Of a stretch of 64,000 bases of DNA, positions 28,634-37,823 are shown one piece after another; position 1 is the first letter of the stretch, and each line of letters starts with the position of its first letter. A model generated the notes under the pieces. It saw nothing but the letters and a program-made list of their open reading frames with translations, did no database searches and was not told the DNA's origin. This DNA comes from a virus (Duplodnaviria; Heunggongvirae; Uroviricota; Caudoviricetes). The DNA lies in IMG/VR virus record IMGVR_UViG_3300042881_003883, positions 19,930 through 83,929 of that record; one strand, written 5' to 3'. A program made the position numbers and the translations under genes.

Positions 28634-30829
28634 ATGTCAACATTTCCAAATTTCTCTCAAATAAAAAGTGGAATTACATCCAAGTTAGATGGTAGAAAGG
28701 GTAATTCATTTAAAGTATCAGGTTTAAACGCGTGGGTTAGATTAACATCTGGAGCAAGTCCGGGTTTAACAATGTATTCAAATCCAAATGTAAAACTATT
28801 TGATGCTGCTGGTATTTATGGTAGCTCTAATTCATCTGGTATTATTGGAACTCGTTGGGATGGTAAATCTGCTGTTGGTGGTGGTAGTAGTGGACCTCAA
28901 AGACCTGCTGCTATTGTAACTTCATTAGAAATTGATGAAGGTGCAGGAAATCTTTCTAGAAAAGCAACATTTTCAATTACTTGTTTTAGTAAATCGCAAA
29001 TGGAGGAATTATCTAAATATTTCTTAGAACCGGGTTATTCCATATTCATTGAATGGGGTTGGAACACTGCTGCTGGAGTTGGTGGATTGGTTGGATTAAA
29101 TGCGGCAACTGTATCATCATTTCAATCATTTCAAAAAACTGATGCACAAAGAAAAACGGGAGGTTATGAATACGATAACTACTTAGGATTTAATACTGGT
29201 GGAAGTATTAGTATAGATGGTGATAAATGGATTATTAGTGGCAAATGTACGGGATATACAGAGTTACCATCGTATTTAGTTACATCTGAAACTGGTGTTC
29301 AAAAGGATGGTGATGAAGGTACATTAGCAAGCGAACCTATTTATGGTGAAAATGATATAGAAACTGCTGGTGAAGCTGCTCTTGGTAAACAAAGATGGAT
29401 GAAGTGTTATAATTCACTTCCTGGTACAAGACAAACAGCTCATGTAAAAGCTTTGCAAGATTCTTTATCTGATGTAAATAATTTTATAGGATTTGATGAA
29501 GAGGTATCTGGGATGGTTAATGATTCAACTGATGGTAAAAGTTTATTTGGTATTACATTTGCTGAAAGTAAACTACTTGTTGGTGGTGAAAAAGTTTCAT
29601 TTCCAAAAGGAACTAAAATTGTATCTGAGCAAAAATTTATAAGATTTAGTGCATTAATGGAAATATTTAATGCAATTGGTGTAGAGGGATATACTTTAAA
29701 TGGTGAAGATTCTAAAATAATTTCGTTTATATTAAATACAAAAGATACTGCATGTTCTGCATTTAAACATATGTATAGTATTGATTCTACTAAATTATTT
29801 ATACCAAATAAAAGTACACCAGCTATGAAATTAGCAGGAATTTCAGATGTATTACCTAATATAAATGCATTAATCAGCGCTGCAACTGTTACTGATAATA
29901 GGGTTGGTGGAGTAGTAGAATTTCCAAACTCAGGTCCATTAAATCAAAAACAAACAAATGGTGCAGATACTATTACTAAAAACCCAGAAGAGTGGGGATA
30001 TTTGCATGATTTGTATATAAATTTTGATTTTGCAAAAGGTGTAATGGATACTAAAAACTTTTTTATTAAAGATGCACTTTATCAAATTTTAAATGGAATA
30101 TCATCTGCTGTAAATGGTATGTGGGATTTCCAATTAGTAGAGCATGCTGTAAATGAAACAACTACAGAATTAAGAGTATTTGAAACTAATTGTATAACAA
30201 ATAGTACACCATCTACCCCATATACATTTCAATTAACTGGTCCTGATTCTATTTTTATGGAAGCTAGTCTTGATTTGGATATTAGTGGAGCAAAAATGAA
30301 CCAAATTATAGGAAGTAGACTAGGTCAGAGTTTAAATGGGGATACTAAACATATACCAAAAGCTTTATTTAGTAGTAAAACGGATATGATAAAGGTTAAA
30401 ATGAAAAAGAAAGACCCACCTCCTAAAATTCCAACAATGGATACGGAAGATGCTAAAGAAGCTAATTTAAATTTAATATTAGGTAAATTATCATTTTATC
30501 CTAAAGTTGAACATACTGAGCAAAGTACATTAGATGGATTGGATTTATATGATATATGTTATTTAGGTGCATTTAATGACTCATCCATATTTTCAGCATT
30601 TAAAACTGGAAAAAATACCGAAGAAAAGGGAACAGCTCCATTAATGCCGATTAATTTTTCATTTTCAATACATGGTATAAGTGGTATTAAGAGGGGTGAT
30701 AAATTTAAAGTAAATGGAATTCCATCTGCATATAATAGTGGATTTTTCCAAGTGTTATCTGTAAAGCATACAATCGAAGGTATGGTATGGACAACTGAAG
30801 TTACTGGTGGATATAGACCAAAGCGATAA
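28634..30829 (+). CDS. Baseplate hub-like protein
   Basis: Follows LysM; FLEPGYSIFIEWGWN; C-terminal GI.GI..GD.F....IP..Y....FQV.SVKHTI....WTTEV. Confidence 0.6.
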   Translation: MSTFPNFSQIKSGITSKLDGRKGNSFKVSGLNAWVRLTSGASPGLTMYSNPNVKLFDAAGIYGSSNSSGIIGTRWDGKSAVGGGSSGPQRPAAIVTSLEIDEGAGNLSRKATFSITCFSKSQMEELSKYFLEPGYSIFIEWGWNTAAGVGGLVGLNAATVSSFQSFQKTDAQRKTGGYEYDNYLGFNTGGSISIDGDKWIISGKCTGYTELPSYLVTSETGVQKDGDEGTLASEPIYGENDIETAGEAALGKQRWMKCYNSLPGTRQTAHVKALQDSLSDVNNFIGFDEEVSGMVNDSTDGKSLFGITFAESKLLVGGEKVSFPKGTKIVSEQKFIRFSALMEIFNAIGVEGYTLNGEDSKIISFILNTKDTACSAFKHMYSIDSTKLFIPNKSTPAMKLAGISDVLPNINALISAATVTDNRVGGVVEFPNSGPLNQKQTNGADTITKNPEEWGYLHDLYINFDFAKGVMDTKNFFIKDALYQILNGISSAVNGMWDFQLVEHAVNETTTELRVFETNCITNSTPSTPYTFQLTGPDSIFMEASLDLDISGAKMNQIIGSRLGQSLNGDTKHIPKALFSSKTDMIKVKMKKKDPPPKIPTMDTEDAKEANLNLILGKLSFYPKVEHTEQSTLDGLDLYDICYLGAFNDSSIFSAFKTGKNTEEKGTAPLMPINFSFSIHGISGIKRGDKFKVNGIPSAYNSGFFQVLSVKHTIEGMVWTTEVTGGYRPKR

Positions 30830-30832
30830 AAT

Positions 30833-31204
30833 ATGAATTTGGATAGATATAAAAATATAATTAAATTACCATTAGAGTATAGGCCGGTAAGGGTAGTTAC
30901 GCATTTACCGGAACCAAGTGATTTTGATTATAAAAAAGGGTATATAACCAGATACTTTTTACAAAAGGCAAATGATTTTGATTCACCTATATATGAAGTT
31001 AAACAAAGTGCTATGATGAAATACGCTTCTAATAGTTTTTATACTGTTGCTTCATTAGATTGGAGATTAACAGGAACTAAAGAAGAGATTAAAGCTTCAA
31101 ATTCATCATCACTTAAATTAACATCACTTAAATTACCAAAGATAGCACTATATTTACCAAATCTTATACAATTTATTAAATATAATTTGGATAATTCAAA
31201 ATAA
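30833..31204 (+). CDS. Hypothetical baseplate-region protein
   Basis: 123-aa ORF ending the operon; P...DY.KGYITRYF. Confidence 0.55.
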   Translation: MNLDRYKNIIKLPLEYRPVRVVTHLPEPSDFDYKKGYITRYFLQKANDFDSPIYEVKQSAMMKYASNSFYTVASLDWRLTGTKEEIKASNSSSLKLTSLKLPKIALYLPNLIQFIKYNLDNSK

Positions 31205-31217
31205 TTTCATATATTTG
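31186..31217 (+). promoter_or_regulatory. Bacteroidota-type sigma70 promoter
   Basis: TTTG (31186-89), 20-nt spacer, TATATTTG (31210-17). Confidence 0.75.
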
Positions 31218-31236
31218 TATATAAAATTGTGCAATA

Positions 31237-32214
31237 GTGAAAATAAGTGTTATAGTTCGTACATACAACCGACCTGATTTATTAAAAGAAGCATTGGCAT
31301 CTGTCCAACTTCAATCTCATACGAATTGGGAGGTTATTATTTTTGATGATTCAGCATCTGATGTTAATTTTAACATTTATAAAGATTTTAAATCACAAAA
31401 TCCTAAAAATGATGTTTTATACCACACATCAAATACTCCATACGATTTATTTAAGAATTCTTGGAAAATTGGAGTAAAACTTGCTAATGGTGAATTGATT
31501 GTACGATTGGATGATGATGATTTATTGGCAGAAGATACATTAGAGTACTTATCAAACACATATACACAACATACTGAGTTAGATTTCTCATATGGTTCAG
31601 CTGTATTCTTTGAGAATACTACATTACAACAAATAAATCAAACTCAAACTCCATTAGAGGCCCCAAAGACAAGAGATTTATGGACAGCATATACAATTCC
31701 TAATAATCACCCTTGGACTCATCCTTGGAGTTGGACAACTAACTATTATGATGAACCAAAGCATTTTACATCTATAATTCATTGTAGTAAAGCAAATATT
31801 ATGTGCATTTATCACACATATGTAATGAGAACCTCATCTTTACTAAAAGTAATCGATAAATTTGATGTAACTTCTAATTTCGTTGATGATTTGGAAGTTA
31901 TGGGTAGTTTAGATTATTTAGGATTAGCACACACTTCAATAAAACGAATTTTGACTTATGCTAGAGTACATAATGAAGGTAGGGTAACTGATACTGGTTT
32001 AAAAGTAAATGGAACTGATTTGTGGAACGATATATTCCATATCAGAGATAAAGTTGACTATTTAAGAACTGAAGGATTTCAATCCAACATATATCTACCT
32101 AAATTAGATGGAAATTTTAATGAAGGTAGTATAACATCAGCACATCAGCACTATTTTTCAAATTATATCTTTAAAATAAAACAAATATCTAATAAATTTG
32201 GTAAATTCAAATAA
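31237..32214 (+). CDS. Glycosyltransferase family 2 (GT-A)
   Basis: ISVIVRTYNRPDLLKEALASVQLQSHTNWEVIIFDD; RLDDDD (DxD motif); GTG start. Confidence 0.85.
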   Translation: MKISVIVRTYNRPDLLKEALASVQLQSHTNWEVIIFDDSASDVNFNIYKDFKSQNPKNDVLYHTSNTPYDLFKNSWKIGVKLANGELIVRLDDDDLLAEDTLEYLSNTYTQHTELDFSYGSAVFFENTTLQQINQTQTPLEAPKTRDLWTAYTIPNNHPWTHPWSWTTNYYDEPKHFTSIIHCSKANIMCIYHTYVMRTSSLLKVIDKFDVTSNFVDDLEVMGSLDYLGLAHTSIKRILTYARVHNEGRVTDTGLKVNGTDLWNDIFHIRDKVDYLRTEGFQSNIYLPKLDGNFNEGSITSAHQHYFSNYIFKIKQISNKFGKFK

Positions 32215-32228
32215 TTTTCGTATATTTG
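32197..32228 (+). promoter_or_regulatory. Bacteroidota-type sigma70 promoter
   Basis: TTTG-N20-TATATTTG; the ATG follows 4 nt later. Confidence 0.75.
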
Positions 32229-32232
32229 TAGG

Positions 32233-33498
32233 ATGGTTATAGTAGAGTCACAAACTGAAGTAACGGAGTTTTTAAATTTATGGAATACTAAGACATCCAT
32301 AATCATTCCAATATGGTCTGATTTGGAAAAGCATCCTATACATAACAAATTATCATTTCTATATGTTAGATTTGATGATAAGGACTTTATTGTACCATTT
32401 AACCATATTGATTGTAAGACTCCTACGATTGATTTGACTACTTCTAAGGAAGCAAAATGGGTAATCAACAAAAAGGGATTACTTCAATGTAATTTGGGTT
32501 TACAAAACCTAAATGATTTACAATCTGATGCATTTTTTCAACACAATAAATTATATCCGATAGGTTTTGAGGACCAACCATTTATAACTCACTATACCCG
32601 AAGAGGTATACGAGATAATTTGGGCAAGATAGCACCTATTATGAAATGGGGTGAGTATCTTAGAGTGATATCTTCTACTTTTACTATTGGTATAGAGAAT
32701 GATTGGGTTGGAGATTCGATGATTCCCCTTCTTTCAGATATAGAACATTTTGGTGTTCGGGTCGATAGGGAAAAATTTCTTGATAGATGGCCTCAAGCTT
32801 CTAAACATTTACACAACGATATCGTTTACACCCAATACAACCCATACACCATTACATCCCGTCCATCCAACCGATTTGGTGGAATCAACTTCTCTGCCCT
32901 AAACAAATCCGATGGTACGAGAGAGGTGTTTATCCCAAAACCAAACCACATATTCCTACAAATGGATTATGATGCGTATCATCCACGTATTATTGGTAAG
33001 TTGATTGGTTACGAATTACCCAAAACATCCGTACACCAATGGTTAGCTGACCAATATGGTTGTGAGTATGGTGAGGGTAAAGGAATTACGTTCCAATTAC
33101 TATATGGTGGTATACCTGAGGAGTTTGAGCAAATACCTTATTATAAGGGTGTTAAGGAGTTCATTGAGAAGTTGTGGGATAAGAGTACCAAAGCTGGATA
33201 TCTTCAAACACAACATAGGAGAATCCCCTTAGATTGGATTGAAGGAAACAATCCGCAAAAATTGTTCAACTACCTACTTCAAGCGACCGAAACCGAATTA
33301 AATATGGAAAGGGTAGCTAAAATATTGGAATTTATCAAAGATACCGATATAGAACTTTCCCTATACACATACGATTCATTCTTATTTTCATATCCTGCTA
33401 ATTCCGATGTATCTCAAGCTAAAAAGTTAAAAGAGATAGCTGAAGGTGGTGGATTCCCCATTAATGCTAGCTGGGGAACTGATTACTCGAAACTTTAA
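32233..33498 (+). CDS. Short family-A DNA polymerase
   Basis: TITSRPS; motif A FLQMDYDAYHPRII; motif B KGITFQLLYGG; motif C LYTYDSFLF; only 421 aa. Confidence 0.8.
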   Translation: MVIVESQTEVTEFLNLWNTKTSIIIPIWSDLEKHPIHNKLSFLYVRFDDKDFIVPFNHIDCKTPTIDLTTSKEAKWVINKKGLLQCNLGLQNLNDLQSDAFFQHNKLYPIGFEDQPFITHYTRRGIRDNLGKIAPIMKWGEYLRVISSTFTIGIENDWVGDSMIPLLSDIEHFGVRVDREKFLDRWPQASKHLHNDIVYTQYNPYTITSRPSNRFGGINFSALNKSDGTREVFIPKPNHIFLQMDYDAYHPRIIGKLIGYELPKTSVHQWLADQYGCEYGEGKGITFQLLYGGIPEEFEQIPYYKGVKEFIEKLWDKSTKAGYLQTQHRRIPLDWIEGNNPQKLFNYLLQATETELNMERVAKILEFIKDTDIELSLYTYDSFLFSYPANSDVSQAKKLKEIAEGGGFPINASWGTDYSKL

Positions 33499-33506
33499 TA
33501 TTTATA
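33498..33506 (+). promoter_or_regulatory. Putative late promoter motif ATATTTATA
   Basis: About 30 nt upstream of the ATG at 33536. Confidence 0.55.
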
Positions 33507-33535
33507 TAAAATATTGTTTCAGAGAATCAGAAATT

Positions 33536-35545
33536 ATGGAGAAAAACGACTTCCTTTTAGACTTATTGCATGAGTTAGCCTATCGTTCCGATGAAGGTTA
33601 TCCTATATTGAGTAAACAATCACACATTTATCTTATATCTGAGATATTAGATGAGTGGGGATATACTCATATAAAAAATGAACTTATTCAAAATCTTACT
33701 GAAGCTAGTGAAGAGAAACACTATTCATCACCCGCACTTAATAAGACCGTTAAATACAAAGATAGAGATGGTAAGGATAAAGAAGGTTTAGTTGGTTCAT
33801 TACTTAGATTAGCTAAAGACCAACCTGGTAGAGAAGCGGCTGAAAGAGCATTACCTGCTGATGGAACACCTGAAAGAGAAAAAATAAATAATGAATTAGG
33901 TGGTGAAGGACAACCTAATAGAAATATAGAAAAAGAAAAGGAAGATAAAGCTGATGTTGAAGCTGGAAAGGCTGGCGAAGCACCTGCTGAAGCGGAACCA
34001 CCACAACCTGCTGTATTTGCTGGACAGGGTGGTGATTCATATAGAGCTGGGTTATCACCTAATGACCCTGCGTATCAACCAACTAAGGATACTGCTGAAA
34101 AAGAAATGGCATCTCCTAAGAGAGAAATAGCTGGTAAAGATAAAACACTTACTAAAATAAATTCAATTGAAAGTGAGGAGTTTAATAAAAGTATTCAACC
34201 AAGCGATGAGGAATTTGATATTAAAAATAAAAAAATAGCAAATCCGATTCCACCTCAACCATATAAGTTACCAGCATCATTAATTGAAAATCCTAAATTT
34301 CCTAAAAAGTATTTAACTGCATTGGAAAGAATGATGAATACAAAACCAACTGGAGATGGTACAAAATGGACACATTATAGTGATTTACCTGGAGGACAAG
34401 GCCAAATATCTGCACAGGCCGGTGAGTTAATGACGATGATGGGTACATCTATGAATGCTGATGAATTTAATGAATTTACTGATTCATTATCAACGCATGA
34501 GGCTGAGTTAATAAAAAACAATCCAAAATTAAAAACTGAAGGAAGTCGTATTATAACAAAGAGTTGGATTCAATCCGCTAGAAATAATAGACAGGCTATT
34601 TTAAATAGAATTACAAAAGAATACCCAAACTCAAAAATAGTTGCAACTGCTTGGGATACTAAAGATGATGTTGAATCATTGGGATTATCAGATTATGGTA
34701 AAAACAAAGGATTCTCAACTGATATGTATATTAAGATAAAAACTGAAAATGGTGATGAGATATTAGATGAGGTTTCTTTGAAAAAATCAACTGAAGTAAA
34801 CTTTTTAAATTCTGGTGCTGGTAAATTTATGGAATGGGATTCTGATTTACCAGATAACATAAACCAAAATGTTTATAAAGAAAATCAAAGAGCTAGATTA
34901 AGTGAAACTGGTACAAACCTAAAATCAGAAATTGAAAAATTATTAGCTAGTGGTTCAGATGAGTCTGTAAAGTTAAAAACTATATTTGATGAAAAGGGAA
35001 CTACATTTGCAGATGCATTAAATGACCTTATTAAAGGTAAAGGAAGTAGAGCTAAATCTAAAGTGATATTAGCAAGTATTAAAACATTAGCAGATGGTGG
35101 AAATGATATAGCTAAACAATATATTATGGAAAATGATAAAATCCATAAAGAATTCCAATCAAATGCAATAAAGGCAATTACGGAAAATCCAAAAATGAAA
35201 GAAGGTATGTTAAATGAGATTCGTTCTGAATTTCCACTCAAAGCTGTTTCTGATGGTGAAGAATCTATGGCAATTGGTTCAAATTCATTAGATAAAGCTA
35301 TTATGAAAAACATATTTGGAACATCTGATTACGATATGATAAAAGAAAAGTTGAGTGCTGAAACAGGTCCTCCTCCATTTTTAGGATATCAAGCTGAAGT
35401 GGGTGGAAAGATAATTCCATTGGCTGAAATTAAAGTTAGAGAAGATGGTGTTGGGTATGGTGGACAGATTAAATTTGAAATGACATTGGATAAACGATTT
35501 GCTAAAGTATTGAAAACAGCAAATGATGAAGTTTACAAATCATAA
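33536..35545 (+). CDS. Hypothetical protein with a possible PD-(D/E)XK nuclease-like region
   Basis: Likely start MEKNDFLLD at 33536 (the track start of 33446 overlaps the polymerase gene); acidic Pro/Ala linker; GFSTDMYI...DEVSLKKS. Confidence 0.5.
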   Translation: MEKNDFLLDLLHELAYRSDEGYPILSKQSHIYLISEILDEWGYTHIKNELIQNLTEASEEKHYSSPALNKTVKYKDRDGKDKEGLVGSLLRLAKDQPGREAAERALPADGTPEREKINNELGGEGQPNRNIEKEKEDKADVEAGKAGEAPAEAEPPQPAVFAGQGGDSYRAGLSPNDPAYQPTKDTAEKEMASPKREIAGKDKTLTKINSIESEEFNKSIQPSDEEFDIKNKKIANPIPPQPYKLPASLIENPKFPKKYLTALERMMNTKPTGDGTKWTHYSDLPGGQGQISAQAGELMTMMGTSMNADEFNEFTDSLSTHEAELIKNNPKLKTEGSRIITKSWIQSARNNRQAILNRITKEYPNSKIVATAWDTKDDVESLGLSDYGKNKGFSTDMYIKIKTENGDEILDEVSLKKSTEVNFLNSGAGKFMEWDSDLPDNINQNVYKENQRARLSETGTNLKSEIEKLLASGSDESVKLKTIFDEKGTTFADALNDLIKGKGSRAKSKVILASIKTLADGGNDIAKQYIMENDKIHKEFQSNAIKAITENPKMKEGMLNEIRSEFPLKAVSDGEESMAIGSNSLDKAIMKNIFGTSDYDMIKEKLSAETGPPPFLGYQAEVGGKIIPLAEIKVREDGVGYGGQIKFEMTLDKRFAKVLKTANDEVYKS

Positions 35546-35568
35546 AATAACCTTTGAAATTTAATTTT

Positions 35569-35577
35569 ATATTTATA
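35569..35577 (+). promoter_or_regulatory. Putative late promoter motif ATATTTATA
   Basis: Intergenic, upstream of 35615. Confidence 0.55.
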
Positions 35578-35614
35578 TGGGATTAATAACCCCCTTTATA
35601 ATAAAAACTAATAT

Positions 35615-36010
35615 ATGAAAACACAATTATTGTGTACATTTACAACGAAAGATGGATTACAACAAACTCTACAAAATATAAGAGAGACATACGTTATTGT
35701 CTATAATTATATTTATATTTTACAGAACAAAACTGATTTATCCGAATTGTACATAACGTACAATATCAATACCGAATATAAACCAACATATCCATTAGAG
35801 GATACAATTCTTATTCATAGAAAAAAAGAATCAAATACCTTATACACAATTAATGCTTTAAACCAATTGGTGAAAGAAGAAAATAATGGAGTATTGGATA
35901 ACAAATTTATGTTGGATTGGGCCAAATTTAAGAACTCAATAATACTTACCAATACAGATGGTACAAAACGAATACAAACTAGAGTATTTGAGGTTATAGA
36001 ATTTAAATAA
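35615..36010 (+). CDS. Hypothetical protein
   Basis: 131-aa ORF MKTQLLCTFT; A-rich leader. Confidence 0.65.
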   Translation: MKTQLLCTFTTKDGLQQTLQNIRETYVIVYNYIYILQNKTDLSELYITYNINTEYKPTYPLEDTILIHRKKESNTLYTINALNQLVKEENNGVLDNKFMLDWAKFKNSIILTNTDGTKRIQTRVFEVIEFK

Positions 36011-36036
36011 CAAAAAAACAATAAGGAATATCTAAA

Positions 36037-36432
36037 ATGTTTATACCAAATCATTTACATTTACTTGTAAAGGGAAGCATTAAAACTCCACCTCAAACGG
36101 AAAAAATACTAAACGTTTGGTTTAGTGAATTAGTTAATAAAGTAGGAATGAAAGTAGTTGCCGGTCCTACATCGGTTTATGTTAACGAACCGGGCAACGA
36201 AGGAATAACGGGAACAGTAACATTAGCAACATCGCATGCTAGTATTCACGTTTGGGATAATGATAATCCACCAATGTTCCAATTTGATTTATATAGTTGT
36301 TCAGATTTTACTGCAACTCAAGTATTAAATCATATAGATGAATGGTTTGGGTTGATAGAAGCTCACTACCAAATGATAGATAGAAATGGAAATGACTTTA
36401 AAATTATAGATTCCGGTCATTTTAAAAAATAA
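36037..36432 (+). CDS. speD: Pyruvoyl-dependent S-adenosylmethionine decarboxylase homologue
   Basis: LATSHASIHVW...FDLYSCSDF matches the AdoMetDC (E)SH.SIH.W...D.Y.C pattern. Confidence 0.75.
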   Translation: MFIPNHLHLLVKGSIKTPPQTEKILNVWFSELVNKVGMKVVAGPTSVYVNEPGNEGITGTVTLATSHASIHVWDNDNPPMFQFDLYSCSDFTATQVLNHIDEWFGLIEAHYQMIDRNGNDFKIIDSGHFKK

Positions 36433-36454
36433 CAATTAAATAAAATAATATACT

Positions 36455-37276
36455 ATGTTAGTTAAAAAAGGTGATAATAACGAAAATGTAAAAAAATTAC
36501 AAGCAAAATTAGGTTTAACCGCTGATGGAGTTTTTGGTGCTGGTACTGAATCAGCTGTAAAAGCTTGGCAAACAAAAAATGGATTAACTGCTGATGGTAT
36601 CGTTGGTGATGCTACTTGGGAAAAGATGGGATTGGGTGCAAGTACTCCAACTCCTTCTGTTGCTGTACCAGCATCTTCATTTAAATTGGCAGCTCTTAAA
36701 GGACACGTTCCTGATTCTGTAATTGCTCAAATTCCAGACACTGCTTCTAAATTCAATATTACAACTCCTCTAAGATTAGCTCATTTCTTAGCACAATGTG
36801 GACACGAAAGTGGTGGATTCAAAGCCGTTACTGAGAATGTTAACTATTCAGCAGATGGATTAGTAAAAATCTTCGGAAAATACTTTAATTCAACAACTGC
36901 AGCTGCATATGCTAGAAACCCTGAAAAGATTGCATCTAAAGTTTACGCATCAAGAATGGGTAATGGTGATGAAGCATCTAAAGACGGATTTAAATTTCGT
37001 GGACGTGGTTATATTCAATTAACTGGTAAATCTAACTATACTAACTTCGCTAAATTCATTGGTGAAGATACTGTTGCAAATCCTGATTTGGTAGCAACTA
37101 AATATCCATTAGCTTCTGCTGCATTTTTCTTTGATTCAAATAAACTTTGGTCTATTTGTGATAAAGGTTTTGATGATGCTACTGTAACATCGGTAACTAA
37201 AAGAGTAAATGGTGGTACTATTGGATTAGCTGATAGAATCAAACACTTCAAAGAATACTATAACTTATTAAAGTAA
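36455..37276 (+). CDS. Endolysin: PG-binding domain plus glycoside hydrolase family 19
   Basis: LQAKLGL.ADGVFG.GTE.AVK.WQ..NGL.ADGIVG; LAHFLAQCGHESGGF; FRGRGYIQLTGKSNY; TKRVNGG.IGL.DR. Confidence 0.9.
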   Translation: MLVKKGDNNENVKKLQAKLGLTADGVFGAGTESAVKAWQTKNGLTADGIVGDATWEKMGLGASTPTPSVAVPASSFKLAALKGHVPDSVIAQIPDTASKFNITTPLRLAHFLAQCGHESGGFKAVTENVNYSADGLVKIFGKYFNSTTAAAYARNPEKIASKVYASRMGNGDEASKDGFKFRGRGYIQLTGKSNYTNFAKFIGEDTVANPDLVATKYPLASAAFFFDSNKLWSICDKGFDDATVTSVTKRVNGGTIGLADRIKHFKEYYNLLK

Positions 37277-37289
37277 TATGGGGGTTGGT

Positions 37290-37745
37290 TTATTTAACTA
37301 AACCATAATATTCTATATTCTTAAGTGCGTTGTTAACCAACCAAGGTTCTACATTAGGTATTTTTGATAGGAATTCCAATTCATAATGATATGCTAATAT
37401 TTCCTCATAATTCGGAGGTAATTTTATGTTATGCTTTAAATAAAATAAATGTTTAGATTCATGCACTAATATAGCTGCTATGTTATTTATTGAATTAAAC
37501 CTCATATCTTTTTGGGATATCATTATGGTAACTGAATCTTCTGTTGTTGAAAAATCACCATCCCAATAGGTGATATGTTTACATACATCATTAATTAATT
37601 CATATTTATTAGGGTCAACTTGTTTTATTAGTGATAATGAAGTAGCTACCTTTGCTTTCCAATTATCACCAACATCATCGATTTTAATTTGTGAGTAACA
37701 ATCAAACACAAATAAAAAATTAATTAAAAGTAGAATCAGTTTCAT
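37290..37745 (-). CDS. Exported protein with HExxH (possible zinc metalloprotease)
   Basis: Signal peptide MKLILLLINFLFVFDCYS|Q; AAILVHESKH...EE; the only supported minus-strand gene. Confidence 0.6.
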   Translation of the reverse strand: MKLILLLINFLFVFDCYSQIKIDDVGDNWKAKVATSLSLIKQVDPNKYELINDVCKHITYWDGDFSTTEDSVTIMISQKDMRFNSINNIAAILVHESKHLFYLKHNIKLPPNYEEILAYHYELEFLSKIPNVEPWLVNNALKNIEYYGLVK

Positions 37746-37753
37746 ATTTTATC

Positions 37754-37762
37754 AATAAATAT
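37754..37762 (-). promoter_or_regulatory. Putative late motif (ATATTTATT on the minus strand) for the HExxH gene
   Basis: aataaatat on the + strand; divergent from the 37795 copy. Confidence 0.35.
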
Positions 37763-37794
37763 TTAAAAAAGTTAGATAAAATTGTAATCGCTAC

Positions 37795-37803
37795 ATATTT
37801 ATA
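37795..37803 (+). promoter_or_regulatory. Putative late promoter motif ATATTTATA
   Basis: 20 nt upstream of the cohesin gene ATG. Confidence 0.55.
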
Positions 37804-37823
37804 GGAAACATTATATAAAACGG

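Noticed and set aside
19332-31204. Bacterial eCIS/T6SS or tailocin locus
   Set aside because: Linked to a full T4-like replication set and lysis genes, with no host housekeeping context.
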